From an uncultured Fibrobacterota bacterium (GTDB lineage: Bacteria > Fibrobacterota > Chitinivibrionia > Chitinivibrionales > FEN-1185), in the NCBI GenBank assembly GCA_963729895.1, contig CAVSQB010000022.1, positions 64,001 through 128,000 on the forward strand: 64,000 nucleotides of DNA, read 5' to 3'. The notes beneath the pieces are model-generated. The model made no database searches. It was given only the letters and a program-made list of their open reading frames with translations, and was not told the origin of the DNA. Made by a program: the position numbers and the translations under genes. Of this stretch, positions 37,407 to 46,400 are shown piece by piece; position 1 is the stretch's first letter; every line of letters starts with the position of its first letter.

Positions 37407-40103
37407 GTGATAGCAAACAACCTGAGGGTTCTCATCGAGAAACTTGATGACTACTGTACAAAAGCGCTCGAGTCGTCGGTTGGATTGTGCGTCAACCGCG
37501 GTCACTACGAGGTTCGCTGGGAGCACCTCTTTATGGAATTTCTCGACGACACGCAGGGAGAGGTTGCAACCATCCTGCGGCAATTCAAGGTGGATGTCGC
37601 CACCCTCAAGAAAGCGCTCATCGGGGAGCTTGAGAACCTTGGAAGCGGCAACACCGGGAGACCCTCCTTTTCCCCCCCTCTCCTTGACGGGTTGGAGCAT
37701 GCCTGGAGCATCAGCACCCTGTGCTACGGATTGCCGGCGATAACCTCCGGGTCCCTGTTCATCGCCATGCTTGAACGCGGGCAATTTTCGATCGCGGGCT
37801 ATGGGGATGCGCTCAAATCGGTAAACCTTGAGACGCTCAAAAACGAATACGTTTCGATTGTGAAGTCATCCGAAGAACAGCAAGCGGGCCCTTCAGACAC
37901 CGGCAGGCCGGCAGCCACGCGCTCGCCGGAAGCCGCCCAGGACATCCTGAAACAGTTCTGCACGAATTTCACGCACGAGGCCAAGGCCGGCAGCATAGAT
38001 CCCATTCTCGGCCGTGACGACGAAATCAGGCAGGCACTTGACATTCTCAACCGGCGGCGAAAGAACAACCCCATCCTTGTCGGTGAAGCCGGCGTCGGAA
38101 AGACCGCGATCGTGGAAGGCATCGCGCTTCGCATCGCCACCGGCGACGTTCCCGACAACCTTAAGAATGTGGACGTGTGGGGACTCGATTTGGGGCTGCT
38201 GCAGGCAGGCGCGTCTGTAAAGGGCGAATTCGAGAAGCGGCTTAAAGGCGTCATAGACGCCGTAAAGAACAATGCGAAATCCACCATTCTGTTTATCGAC
38301 GAGGCCCACACGCTCATCGGCGCGGGGGGGGCGGCCGGCCAGGGCGACGCCGCCAACCTTCTCAAGCCGGCGCTCGCGCGGGGCGAACTGCGAACGCTTG
38401 CGGCGACGACATGGTCGGAATACCGGAAGTACTTTGAGAAAGATCCGGCGCTTGCGCGCAGGTTCCAGCTTGTGAAGATCGATGAACCGGACGAGGAGAC
38501 GGGCTGCATCATGCTGCGCGGCGTGGCCGAGAGCTTTGAACGGCACCATGGCGTTCATATCACCTACGATGGCGTCAAGGCGGCGGTTTCGCTGTCGCAC
38601 CGGTACATCTCGGGCAGACAGTTGCCGGACAAGGCGGTTGACGTACTCGACACGGCCTGCGCGCGGGTTAAAATGAGCCAGAGCGTCAAACCGGCGTCCC
38701 TTGACGGTGCGGAACGCGCCTTGCTCTACACCCAGCTCGAAAAAAAGAAGCTCGAGCGGGACCGTGACGCCGGCTTGACGGTTCCACAAGAACTCATCGA
38801 GGAGTGCGAAACGGCGGTATCCGCAAAAAACGGGGAGATTGCAGCGCTTACGGAGCAGTGGGGCAAGGAAAAGACCAAGGTTGAGGCGATACGATTGCTT
38901 GAAGACAAGCTGAAGGCCCTCAAGGATTCGGGCGGAAGGGGGCCGGAACTTTCTGCGGCGCTCGCATCCATGACCGAGGAACTCGCGTCCCTTGAAGCGC
39001 TCCAGGGAGACAAGCCCTTGGTGTTTCCCCACGTGACGGCCGCAGTGTGCGGCCAGGTGATCTCGGATTGGACCGGCATTCCCGTCGGTTCCATGGTGAA
39101 AGACGAGGCGCAGACCCTTCTGCAGCTCGAAGAGCGGCTGTCCCAGCGCATCGTGGGCCAGGACGAAGCGCTTGCCGCACTGGCGAGCACCATTCGCGCG
39201 TCGAAAACCGGCATGGGCAACCCTGACGCGCCGCTCGGCGTGTTTCTGTTTACCGGGCCGTCGGGCGTGGGAAAAACCGAATGCGCACGCGCGCTGGCCG
39301 ACATCCTGTTCGGAGGGGAGAAATTCATCACGACCATAAACATGTCGGAATACCAGGAAAAACATACCGTGTCGCAGCTCAAGGGGTCGCCGCCCGGATA
39401 CGTGGGCTACGGCGAGGGCGGGGTCCTTACCGAGGCGGTGCGCCAGAAGCCGTACTCGATCATTCTCCTTGACGAAGTGGAAAAGGCGCATCTCGAAGTC
39501 ATGAACCTGTTCTACCAGGTTTTCGACAAGGGTTTCATGCGGGACGGCGAAGGCAGGGAGATCAATTTCCGCACCACCATTATCATCATGACGTCAAACC
39601 TTGCGTCCGACACCATTGTGGACTTGTGCACAAAGGACGGCGCTTCGCGGCCCAACGCGGACGAACTCGTCACCGCCATCAGGCCGGAGCTTTCGGCGCA
39701 TTTTCAACCCGCGCTCCTGGCCCGCTGCAAGATCGTGCCGTTCGGGCCTCTTGACAAAGACGTCATGAAGGGGGTTGTTGCCATGAAGCTCGACGTCATC
39801 GCGCAGCGCCTCAAGAAGGCCCACGGCATCACCCTGTCGATTTCGCCCTCCCTTGTCGACAGCATTGCCGATTGCTGCACCGCCATTGAGGCGGGCGCGC
39901 GTAATGCGGACGCCGTGATAGACGGAACGCTCCTTCCTGGTATTTCCCGGCAGCTGCTCTCGCACATGGGCACAGAAAAAGGGGCTTTGTCGAGATTGCA
40001 TATAGGGCCGGGAGAAAACGGCGATTTTGAAATAATTTTCTCGGATGAAGAAGATGCGGCGCCTCAAAAAACGAACGGTGGAGGATCGGGGAAAAAGGGA
40101 TGA
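37407..40103 (+). CDS. tssH: T6SS-type AAA+ ATPase ClpV/TssH
   Basis: ClpV-type N-terminus (LIEKL...ALE...LC..RGHYEV..EH), two Walker A motifs, AATTWSEY, HTVSQLKGSPPGYVGYGEGG, DKGFMRDGEGREINF. Confidence 0.88.
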   Translation: MIANNLRVLIEKLDDYCTKALESSVGLCVNRGHYEVRWEHLFMEFLDDTQGEVATILRQFKVDVATLKKALIGELENLGSGNTGRPSFSPPLLDGLEHAWSISTLCYGLPAITSGSLFIAMLERGQFSIAGYGDALKSVNLETLKNEYVSIVKSSEEQQAGPSDTGRPAATRSPEAAQDILKQFCTNFTHEAKAGSIDPILGRDDEIRQALDILNRRRKNNPILVGEAGVGKTAIVEGIALRIATGDVPDNLKNVDVWGLDLGLLQAGASVKGEFEKRLKGVIDAVKNNAKSTILFIDEAHTLIGAGGAAGQGDAANLLKPALARGELRTLAATTWSEYRKYFEKDPALARRFQLVKIDEPDEETGCIMLRGVAESFERHHGVHITYDGVKAAVSLSHRYISGRQLPDKAVDVLDTACARVKMSQSVKPASLDGAERALLYTQLEKKKLERDRDAGLTVPQELIEECETAVSAKNGEIAALTEQWGKEKTKVEAIRLLEDKLKALKDSGGRGPELSAALASMTEELASLEALQGDKPLVFPHVTAAVCGQVISDWTGIPVGSMVKDEAQTLLQLEERLSQRIVGQDEALAALASTIRASKTGMGNPDAPLGVFLFTGPSGVGKTECARALADILFGGEKFITTINMSEYQEKHTVSQLKGSPPGYVGYGEGGVLTEAVRQKPYSIILLDEVEKAHLEVMNLFYQVFDKGFMRDGEGREINFRTTIIIMTSNLASDTIVDLCTKDGASRPNADELVTAIRPELSAHFQPALLARCKIVPFGPLDKDVMKGVVAMKLDVIAQRLKKAHGITLSISPSLVDSIADCCTAIEAGARNADAVIDGTLLPGISRQLLSHMGTEKGALSRLHIGPGENGDFEIIFSDEEDAAPQKTNGGGSGKKG

Positions 40104-40167
40104 AACGGGGAAGATGGTTGTAACCGGACACGGTCGCCCTATGACGGGATTTCCGGCTCACAGGCCA

Positions 40168-40917
40168 TCAGGCTGCTGGAACCACATCCTTCTTTTCTTC
40201 GGATTTCTCGCCCCAGACGAAAATGGCCCCGCAGTTCTGGCAGGTAAGCAGTTTTGTTCCTCTGCGGATCTCGTTGATGAGCTGGGTCTCCAGAACCTTG
40301 AAGCATGAAGAGCACGTGCGGTTGTCGTCGCCGACGAAACTCAACACGTTTGCATTTTTCCTGCGGGACAGGATATGGTCGTAGGTGCGAAGCAGGGATT
40401 TTGGAACATGTGCGGAAACTTCCGCCCGTTCCTGTTGCAGGAGCGCCACCGAGGAATCGATAGAGGCTATTTTTGTCTTCAGATCCGCGATTTTTGGGTC
40501 GCTCTCCGCCTGTATCTTTTCGAGCTCGGCTTTGCTGACCTCAAGCGATTGCTGGAGCTTGTCGGCCTCGGCAAGAAGGCTCCTCGCCCGTGAGTCGGCG
40601 CCCGCGATAATGCTTTTGAAGTTTTCGATTTCCGCGTGCACGGCATCGTACTCGCGGTTTGTCTTGATTGAATTAAGACGCTCCTGGCTCTTGTCGAGCG
40701 CGGTTTTTGCGTCGGCGACTTTTTCCTCAAATGATTTCTTCTCCGCGGCATTTGCAGCCAGCTGATTATGTACGGAATCAACCGCCCTCGTGGCATTCGC
40801 TATGGCCCGTTCGAGCTCGGAAAGCGCCTTCGGCAGATCACTTTGAGATTGAATCAGGTCGTGGACGCGGAAATCTATTGTTTGCAGTTGCACCAGCAAT
40901 TCCAAGTCCTTGATCAT
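40168..40917 (-). CDS. Coiled-coil protein with C4-type zinc ribbon
   Basis: LQTID, KTNREY, CSSC...CQNCG. Confidence 0.88.
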   Translation of the reverse strand: MIKDLELLVQLQTIDFRVHDLIQSQSDLPKALSELERAIANATRAVDSVHNQLAANAAEKKSFEEKVADAKTALDKSQERLNSIKTNREYDAVHAEIENFKSIIAGADSRARSLLAEADKLQQSLEVSKAELEKIQAESDPKIADLKTKIASIDSSVALLQQERAEVSAHVPKSLLRTYDHILSRRKNANVLSFVGDDNRTCSSCFKVLETQLINEIRRGTKLLTCQNCGAIFVWGEKSEEKKDVVPAA

Positions 40918-40990
40918 TTCGCCTCCGATGGCGGCAGGGAGCCGTTATTTTCACCGCGAGCAAGCCGGCCGCGATCGCGGCAGGAACCCG

Positions 40991-41025
40991 AAAACAAAAA
41001 GGCACCTCTGTGTGAGAAGTGCCTT
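40991..41025 (-). terminator. Intrinsic terminator downstream of tRNA
   Basis: Minus strand GGCACTTCT-CACAC-AGAGGTGCC followed by TTTTTGTTTT. Confidence 0.7.
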
Positions 41026-41124
41026 GGGAAACGTAATTCGGCTTGAGTAGCTTTCTTGCCGAGAGAGAGAAATAACAGAAGCCTGCCAGTCATGTTTTGT
41101 TGAGCTTCTCTATGCAAAGGTGAT

Positions 41125-41201
41125 TGGTGGGCCCACTAGGACTCGAACCTAGGACTAACGGATTATGAGTCCGCTACTCTAACCAACTGAGTTACGGGCC
41201 C
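41125..41201 (-). tRNA. tRNA with CAT anticodon, most likely tRNA-Ile2 (lysidine)
   Basis: GGGCCCGTAACTCAGTTGGTTAGAGTAGCGGACTCATAATCCG...GGTTCGAGTCC...GGGCCCACCA; encoded CCA; lacks initiator features. Confidence 0.93.
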
Positions 41202-41353
41202 TCACGATTCGTCAAAATATAATTCCTTGGAGGCTATTTCTACAAGCGGAGAGGAGATTTTGTTTATCCGCGCGAGCAAACTTATTTTCCGCGCAGGCGG
41301 TGAGCGGCGGGAATCGATTTACAGGTGAACAACGGGCTGCGAAGCCGGAAAGG

Positions 41354-42358
41354 TTATGCTCCGCAGCACGCCGCAAGAAGCGATTGCCTGGTAACGCACG
41401 CGGTGCCGAGTTCCGCCACCGTGAGGCCGGCAGCATGGTTTGCCAGGAACGCAGCCTCAATCGGCTTCGCGTTGCAGGTGATTGCCGCCGAATAGACGCT
41501 TATCACCGTGTCCCCGGCCCCCGTGACGTCGAAAACGTTTCGGGCGACGGTCGGAAGGTGCGTATATGAGCCGCTGCTGCGTTCAAAAAGGGCCATGCCG
41601 CGCTCGCTTAACGTTATGAGCAGGGAACGCACGTTGAGCTTGCGTACAATGTCCCAGCCCAGGTCCTCAATGTCGGGATCATTGACAGGGGAAAAAGGGC
41701 GGCCGAGCGCCGCATGAGCCTCCTTGAGGTTGGGAGTGATGACGCTTACCCCTTTGTAAAGGTCGAAATGCCGTTCTTTTGGGTCAATCGCAACAAACAG
41801 GCCTTTCTTCCTGCAGGCGTTCAGGATGCGCGTAATAAAGGATTTCGAAACGACCCCTTTTGAATAATCGGAGACAATAACGCCCCGAACCTGGCGAAGG
41901 AGGGAAGTAAACCGTTCCCAGAGCATTGCCTCCTCGTCTTTTGTCAAGTCCATAACGGTTTCGCTGTCGACCCGCACCACCTGCTGATGGCGCGCCATGA
42001 TCCTGGTCTTTACGGTGCTTGCCCGCCGCGCCGATTCGATGAGCCCTTCCTGCGGGCAACCGGTTTGCGCCAGCTTTTCCCTGAGCGCCTTGCCCATGGC
42101 GTCGTCGCCGCACAACGAAACGAGGTGCGGGGTCACGCCGAGCGACTTGAGGTTCTGGACTACGTTGGCGGCCCCGCCAAGCCGGAAGGAGCGCGACTGC
42201 ACGTGCACCACGGGAACCGGCGCCTCGGGGGAAATACGGGCCACGTCTCCCCAGACGTATTCGTCGAGCATGGAGTCGCCCACGACCATAATTGACGAGT
42301 GGGAAAAGTCATTGATAATCCGCTTGAGACGCGCCAAAGAAATGTGCGGGATCCGCAT
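41354..42358 (-). CDS. rfaE1: D-glycero-D-manno-heptose-7-phosphate kinase (HldE/RfaE domain I)
   Basis: GDSMLDEY, RISPEAPVPV, GGAANV, SDYSKG, DVTGAGDT. Confidence 0.93.
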   Translation of the reverse strand: MRIPHISLARLKRIINDFSHSSIMVVGDSMLDEYVWGDVARISPEAPVPVVHVQSRSFRLGGAANVVQNLKSLGVTPHLVSLCGDDAMGKALREKLAQTGCPQEGLIESARRASTVKTRIMARHQQVVRVDSETVMDLTKDEEAMLWERFTSLLRQVRGVIVSDYSKGVVSKSFITRILNACRKKGLFVAIDPKERHFDLYKGVSVITPNLKEAHAALGRPFSPVNDPDIEDLGWDIVRKLNVRSLLITLSERGMALFERSSGSYTHLPTVARNVFDVTGAGDTVISVYSAAITCNAKPIEAAFLANHAAGLTVAELGTACVTRQSLLAACCGA

Positions 42359-42464
42359 GAAGTATATCCTTCCGCCGAACATGATGATGGGCCCGTTAGA
42401 GCCGTGCCGGTTGTGGTTCTCCGGGAGTACCGCAGGCCACAGAAAATACTTTTTTCCGCCCCGG

Positions 42465-43733
42465 TCAGCTATGTTTTAGACGCGCTATATCAACCCCCGA
42501 TTCCCTGAGCATTTCGGTTACGATCACAAACCTGTAGCCCAACAACTGCAAGGTATCGATGAGCTTTCCTACAATCAGATGGACCTGCGCGTTCTTTTGC
42601 GTCCTGGCGGTGCCGAGGTGCATGAGGATGATGCCGCCGCAGATGCCCGGGTCCGGGCCTTGGGCTAGGCCGACAATTTTGTCGTATACCTCCCGGGGCG
42701 TATGATATCCGGGGGTTTCGTCGTCGGGCGTCCAATCGTTGCTGTCCAGTCCGAGTTTCCAGGTTCTGCCCTGCCGCCATCCTACCTGGATAAATCCAGC
42801 CCGCTGAGCCCACGCGCAAATGACAGGATTGGATTCGCCGTAGGGCGCCCTCCAGAGCGGGGCAAGCGGCCTGCCGGCAAGGGACCTGAACACCGAGTCG
42901 GTCTTTGCCAGCTCTTCACAAAGGAGCGCCTCTGTCACGGAAGGTAAAATAGTTTGCGTATGGTCCTTGGCGTAGGAGGTAAGGTGCGGGTGAGAAAAGG
43001 TATGGCTGCCCACTTCGTGGCCGCCGGCAATGATACGGCCCACCATGTCCGGATGCTTGAGGATAAATCTGCCGGTGAGAAACATCGTTGCCTTGACATT
43101 CCGTGAAGCAAGGGTGTCGAGAATGTCCTGAGCGGCGTTTGCCAGATCGTTTCCGTCAAACGTGAGGCACACCAGACGCTTGGAGGTAGTTCCGTTGTCA
43201 AAAGAGATCGGAAGGCCTTCGATTTTCGGCACTGCGGTGAATCCGTGACGGCGGACAACCGGATTTTGTCCGGCTACGGGAGCAACGCCGGTTCCGCTCA
43301 TCAATGAATCCAGCCGATAGCGAAGCTCGGAAATCTCCAGGTTTCGTTGCTTGATCTGGCCCAGGAGCTCCAGTCTTTTTTCCTTGAGGGTTGTGTTCTG
43401 CGCCGAAAGATCCGCGGCCCGCCTCATGTTCCATGCGCCGAACGCAAGGATGCATAAAGCAAGCGCGCCCGCCGCGAAAAAAACCGGCACGGGGAGAGAG
43501 GAAACACGCACAGGCAGCCTTGTTGCCTCCGCCGGAGGGGAACACGCAGGAACGCTGCCGCCCAACGGGTGTGGCATTTCTTGAGGAACACATCGTACGC
43601 AGTAGAGGTGGCGGGAGATCCGTGCCGAACACAATCCGCAGACCCATGCCTTGCACATACAGCATTTCCCGATGGCGGGACGCTTCGGGTGGGTCCGGCA
43701 ATGATGGGCGGCTCTTCTTCTTCGAACAGGCAT
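42465..43733 (-). CDS. Membrane-anchored polysaccharide deacetylase with N-terminal Zn finger
   Basis: CRTHP...CCMC...CGLC...YCVRC, TM, coiled coil, LTFD, HTFSHP, RAPYG, ILMH. Confidence 0.85.
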   Translation of the reverse strand: MPVRRRRAAHHCRTHPKRPAIGKCCMCKAWVCGLCSARISRHLYCVRCVPQEMPHPLGGSVPACSPPAEATRLPVRVSSLPVPVFFAAGALALCILAFGAWNMRRAADLSAQNTTLKEKRLELLGQIKQRNLEISELRYRLDSLMSGTGVAPVAGQNPVVRRHGFTAVPKIEGLPISFDNGTTSKRLVCLTFDGNDLANAAQDILDTLASRNVKATMFLTGRFILKHPDMVGRIIAGGHEVGSHTFSHPHLTSYAKDHTQTILPSVTEALLCEELAKTDSVFRSLAGRPLAPLWRAPYGESNPVICAWAQRAGFIQVGWRQGRTWKLGLDSNDWTPDDETPGYHTPREVYDKIVGLAQGPDPGICGGIILMHLGTARTQKNAQVHLIVGKLIDTLQLLGYRFVIVTEMLRESGVDIARLKHS

Positions 43734-43938
43734 GTAAATAAAATACAAGGTTCTCGGGAAAAGCAAATGACGAATATGTGGAAGAATATGCAGGCTGAGG
43801 CATTGAAGAATCCCGCAGTAAGCTGCGAGGGAAAGGCAACGGCAACTCCGGGAAGAATAGGTTTGGAAATAGCGGGAAATCATTATTATCTTTAGGAAGC
43901 CGGAAAACGGAACTCCCCGGCAAATCGAGGAACCCATC

Positions 43939-44862
43939 ATGACTGTCCCAGGCATAGAATTCGTGCACGTCTGCAAAGACTACAGAAGGCACTTCTGGGA
44001 GAGAAAAAAGCCCGCCGTTGTCGATTGTTCCTTTGCAGTAGAGAAAGGAACGGTGACGGGCTTTGTGGGTCCCAACGGCGCAGGCAAAACGACGAGCATA
44101 AAAATGCTCCTGGGCCTCATTCGGCCGTCTTCGGGCCATGTGCTTGTCAATGGCCGCGATCCGTTGCTGCCTCGCTCCCGAAAAGGCCTGTCGTTCCTGA
44201 GCGAGCGTCCGTATTTTTATGACCATCTTACGGTGCGCGAAACGCTGCGATTCGCCTACGGTCTGCAGCGAGGCTATGCACAGTCAGGCGAAACGGAGAT
44301 CGCCCGGGCTCTCGAAGCGGTTGAACTCTCCGCCTCTCTGCGGACAAAGGTAAAGCACCTTTCCAAGGGAATGCAGCAGCGCCTTTCTATGGCCCAGGCG
44401 CTCTTGTGCAGCCCCGAGCTCTTTATCCTCGACGAACCGATGAGCGGGCTCGATCCGCTGGGGCGGAGGCTGTTCAGGGAAATCCTTCGCACTCTCGGCA
44501 AGGAAGGGAAGACCGTTTTCTTCAGCACGCATATTCTTGACGATGTGGAATCGCTGTGCAGCCACGTCGTGGTGCTGTCGAAAGGCCGGCTTGCCTATCA
44601 GGGGCCGCTTACGCACCTGGTGGGGCAGGAGCACGGAGCCACCGAATGTGTGGTGGCGGGGCTTGCCGATGCCGACCGGCAGGAGTTGTGCGCCAGGGGC
44701 TGCGCGGTAACGGCAAACGCCGACGGCAGCGACACCGTTGTTGTTCCCGCCGCCGGCGACCCAAAGGAATGCCAGCGATTCCTGTGTGCAAAGGGCCTGT
44801 TCTGCGAGTCCGTTTCGAGGCGGTCCGCCTCGCTCGAGGACATTATTTACAAAGGGAAATAA
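43939..44862 (+). CDS. ABC transporter ATP-binding protein
   Basis: GPNGAGKTT, LSKGMQQR, LDEPMSGLDP. Confidence 0.95.
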   Translation: MTVPGIEFVHVCKDYRRHFWERKKPAVVDCSFAVEKGTVTGFVGPNGAGKTTSIKMLLGLIRPSSGHVLVNGRDPLLPRSRKGLSFLSERPYFYDHLTVRETLRFAYGLQRGYAQSGETEIARALEAVELSASLRTKVKHLSKGMQQRLSMAQALLCSPELFILDEPMSGLDPLGRRLFREILRTLGKEGKTVFFSTHILDDVESLCSHVVVLSKGRLAYQGPLTHLVGQEHGATECVVAGLADADRQELCARGCAVTANADGSDTVVVPAAGDPKECQRFLCAKGLFCESVSRRSASLEDIIYKGK

Positions 44863-44874
44863 GGAAACACGCGC

Positions 44875-45639
44875 ATGCGGCCGGTATTTGAAATCGCGGT
44901 CAACACGTTCAAGGAAACGGTACGCAACAACGTCCTGTACATCGTGCTTTTCTTTGTGATCGCGCTGATCGCTCTCTCGGTATTTGTCGCCGACTGGTCG
45001 GTATTTGCCCGGATACAGGTGATGCAGGATTTCGGCCTTTCCACGATGTCTCTTTCCGGATTGCTGCTGGCGGTGTTTATCGGCGTGGGCATGCTCGGAA
45101 GAGAAATGAGCCAGAAAACGGTGTATCATATCGTGACGAAACCCGTTTCCCGCGCCCAATTCGTGTGCGGAAAATTTGCCGGCCTTCTTGCCACGCTGCT
45201 GCTCAATTACCTCGCGATGTCCGCCATTTTCCTGGGCACGCTTTTGTATCTCGGCGGAACGGTAAAGCTCCCGCTTGTGTATGCCATCCTCCTCATCTGG
45301 GCGGAAATGTCGGTGGTCATTTCGGCTTCCATTCTGTTTTCCACGCTTACCACACCCATGCTTGCGTCGTTCTTCTCGCTCGCCTTCTACATTGCCGGCC
45401 ACCTTAACGATTTACTTTCAATAAAAATGGTTGAGGTTAAGGGATCCTTGTATCCCCAACTGCTCAGGGCCATTTACTACATTCTTCCGAATCTCGAACA
45501 TTTCAACGTTCGCGACAACATAATCTACGGAATTCCCCTGCCCATGTCTTACTACGGCTTTGCCATCATCTACGGCGTTCTCTACACGGCGTTGTTTCTC
45601 GCGTTGGCCTGCGTCTTTTTCTCAAAGAAGGACCTGTAG
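44875..45639 (+). CDS. ABC-2 type permease
   Basis: IAVNTFKETVR, KPVSRAQFVCGKF, FSKKDL. Confidence 0.88.
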   Translation: MRPVFEIAVNTFKETVRNNVLYIVLFFVIALIALSVFVADWSVFARIQVMQDFGLSTMSLSGLLLAVFIGVGMLGREMSQKTVYHIVTKPVSRAQFVCGKFAGLLATLLLNYLAMSAIFLGTLLYLGGTVKLPLVYAILLIWAEMSVVISASILFSTLTTPMLASFFSLAFYIAGHLNDLLSIKMVEVKGSLYPQLLRAIYYILPNLEHFNVRDNIIYGIPLPMSYYGFAIIYGVLYTALFLALACVFFSKKDL

Positions 45640-46349
45640 TGAAACGCGCGTCCGTGCTTTTTGTCCCCGTACTCACGGCCGCATGCCTGATTTCACTGTG
45701 GTTTTTGGTCCTTTCCACCCAGAACAAGCTCACCGACATCCGGTCGAAACATCTGGCCCCGCCGAGCATGGCCTTTGTTCCGCAAAGCGAGAAGATCAAA
45801 CCATACCTCATGGGGTTTCACACCGCGTATGCCGATTATCTCTGGATACGAACCACGCTTTACTTCGGCTCCCACTTCCTTTCCGATCGGCAGTTCACCT
45901 GGCTCACTCACCTGGTGGACCTTGTGACCAGACTCAACCCGGATTTCTACCCGGCCTATGAATTTGCCGGTCTCCTGATTCCCGACGTTTGCGGAGACCC
46001 GGACGCAGCGCGGGTAATACTTGAGCGGGGTATTTCTTCCACCGTGCAGAACAAATGGAAACTGTGGTTCTATCTTGGCATGATCTATTACAGGTACTAC
46101 GACGACAAGAAGGACGCAGCGGCATGTCTGGCGCATGCGGTGTCGCAACCCGGCGCCCCGGGTTTCCGGCTTGCGGGAATTGCCGCGGCAATGTTCAAAA
46201 AGGCGGGAGCGAGCAGCGAAGGGCGGGACTTTCTTGAATTCATGTATGCGACAAGCGAAAACCCCGAGGTGAAACGATACGTGCTGGCAAAACTGAAGGC
46301 GTATGAAAAAGGAGAAATAGGCACCGGCCCAAACTCCCTGACTCAGTGA
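45639..46349 (+). CDS. Membrane-anchored TPR-like protein
   Basis: ADYLWIR, LVTRLNPDF, ILERG; coupled to permease. Confidence 0.7.
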   Translation: MKRASVLFVPVLTAACLISLWFLVLSTQNKLTDIRSKHLAPPSMAFVPQSEKIKPYLMGFHTAYADYLWIRTTLYFGSHFLSDRQFTWLTHLVDLVTRLNPDFYPAYEFAGLLIPDVCGDPDAARVILERGISSTVQNKWKLWFYLGMIYYRYYDDKKDAAACLAHAVSQPGAPGFRLAGIAAAMFKKAGASSEGRDFLEFMYATSENPEVKRYVLAKLKAYEKGEIGTGPNSLTQ

Positions 46350-46400
46350 CGGCGCGCAAGGGCTTCCTCTGCCGACTTCGCAGGTATCGAGGTCCTGCGG

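Noticed and set aside
37893..39491. 532-aa minus-strand ORF
   Set aside because: Antisense shadow of clpV in GC-rich DNA, no motifs
44284..45402. 372-aa minus-strand ORF
   Set aside because: Antisense to the ABC genes
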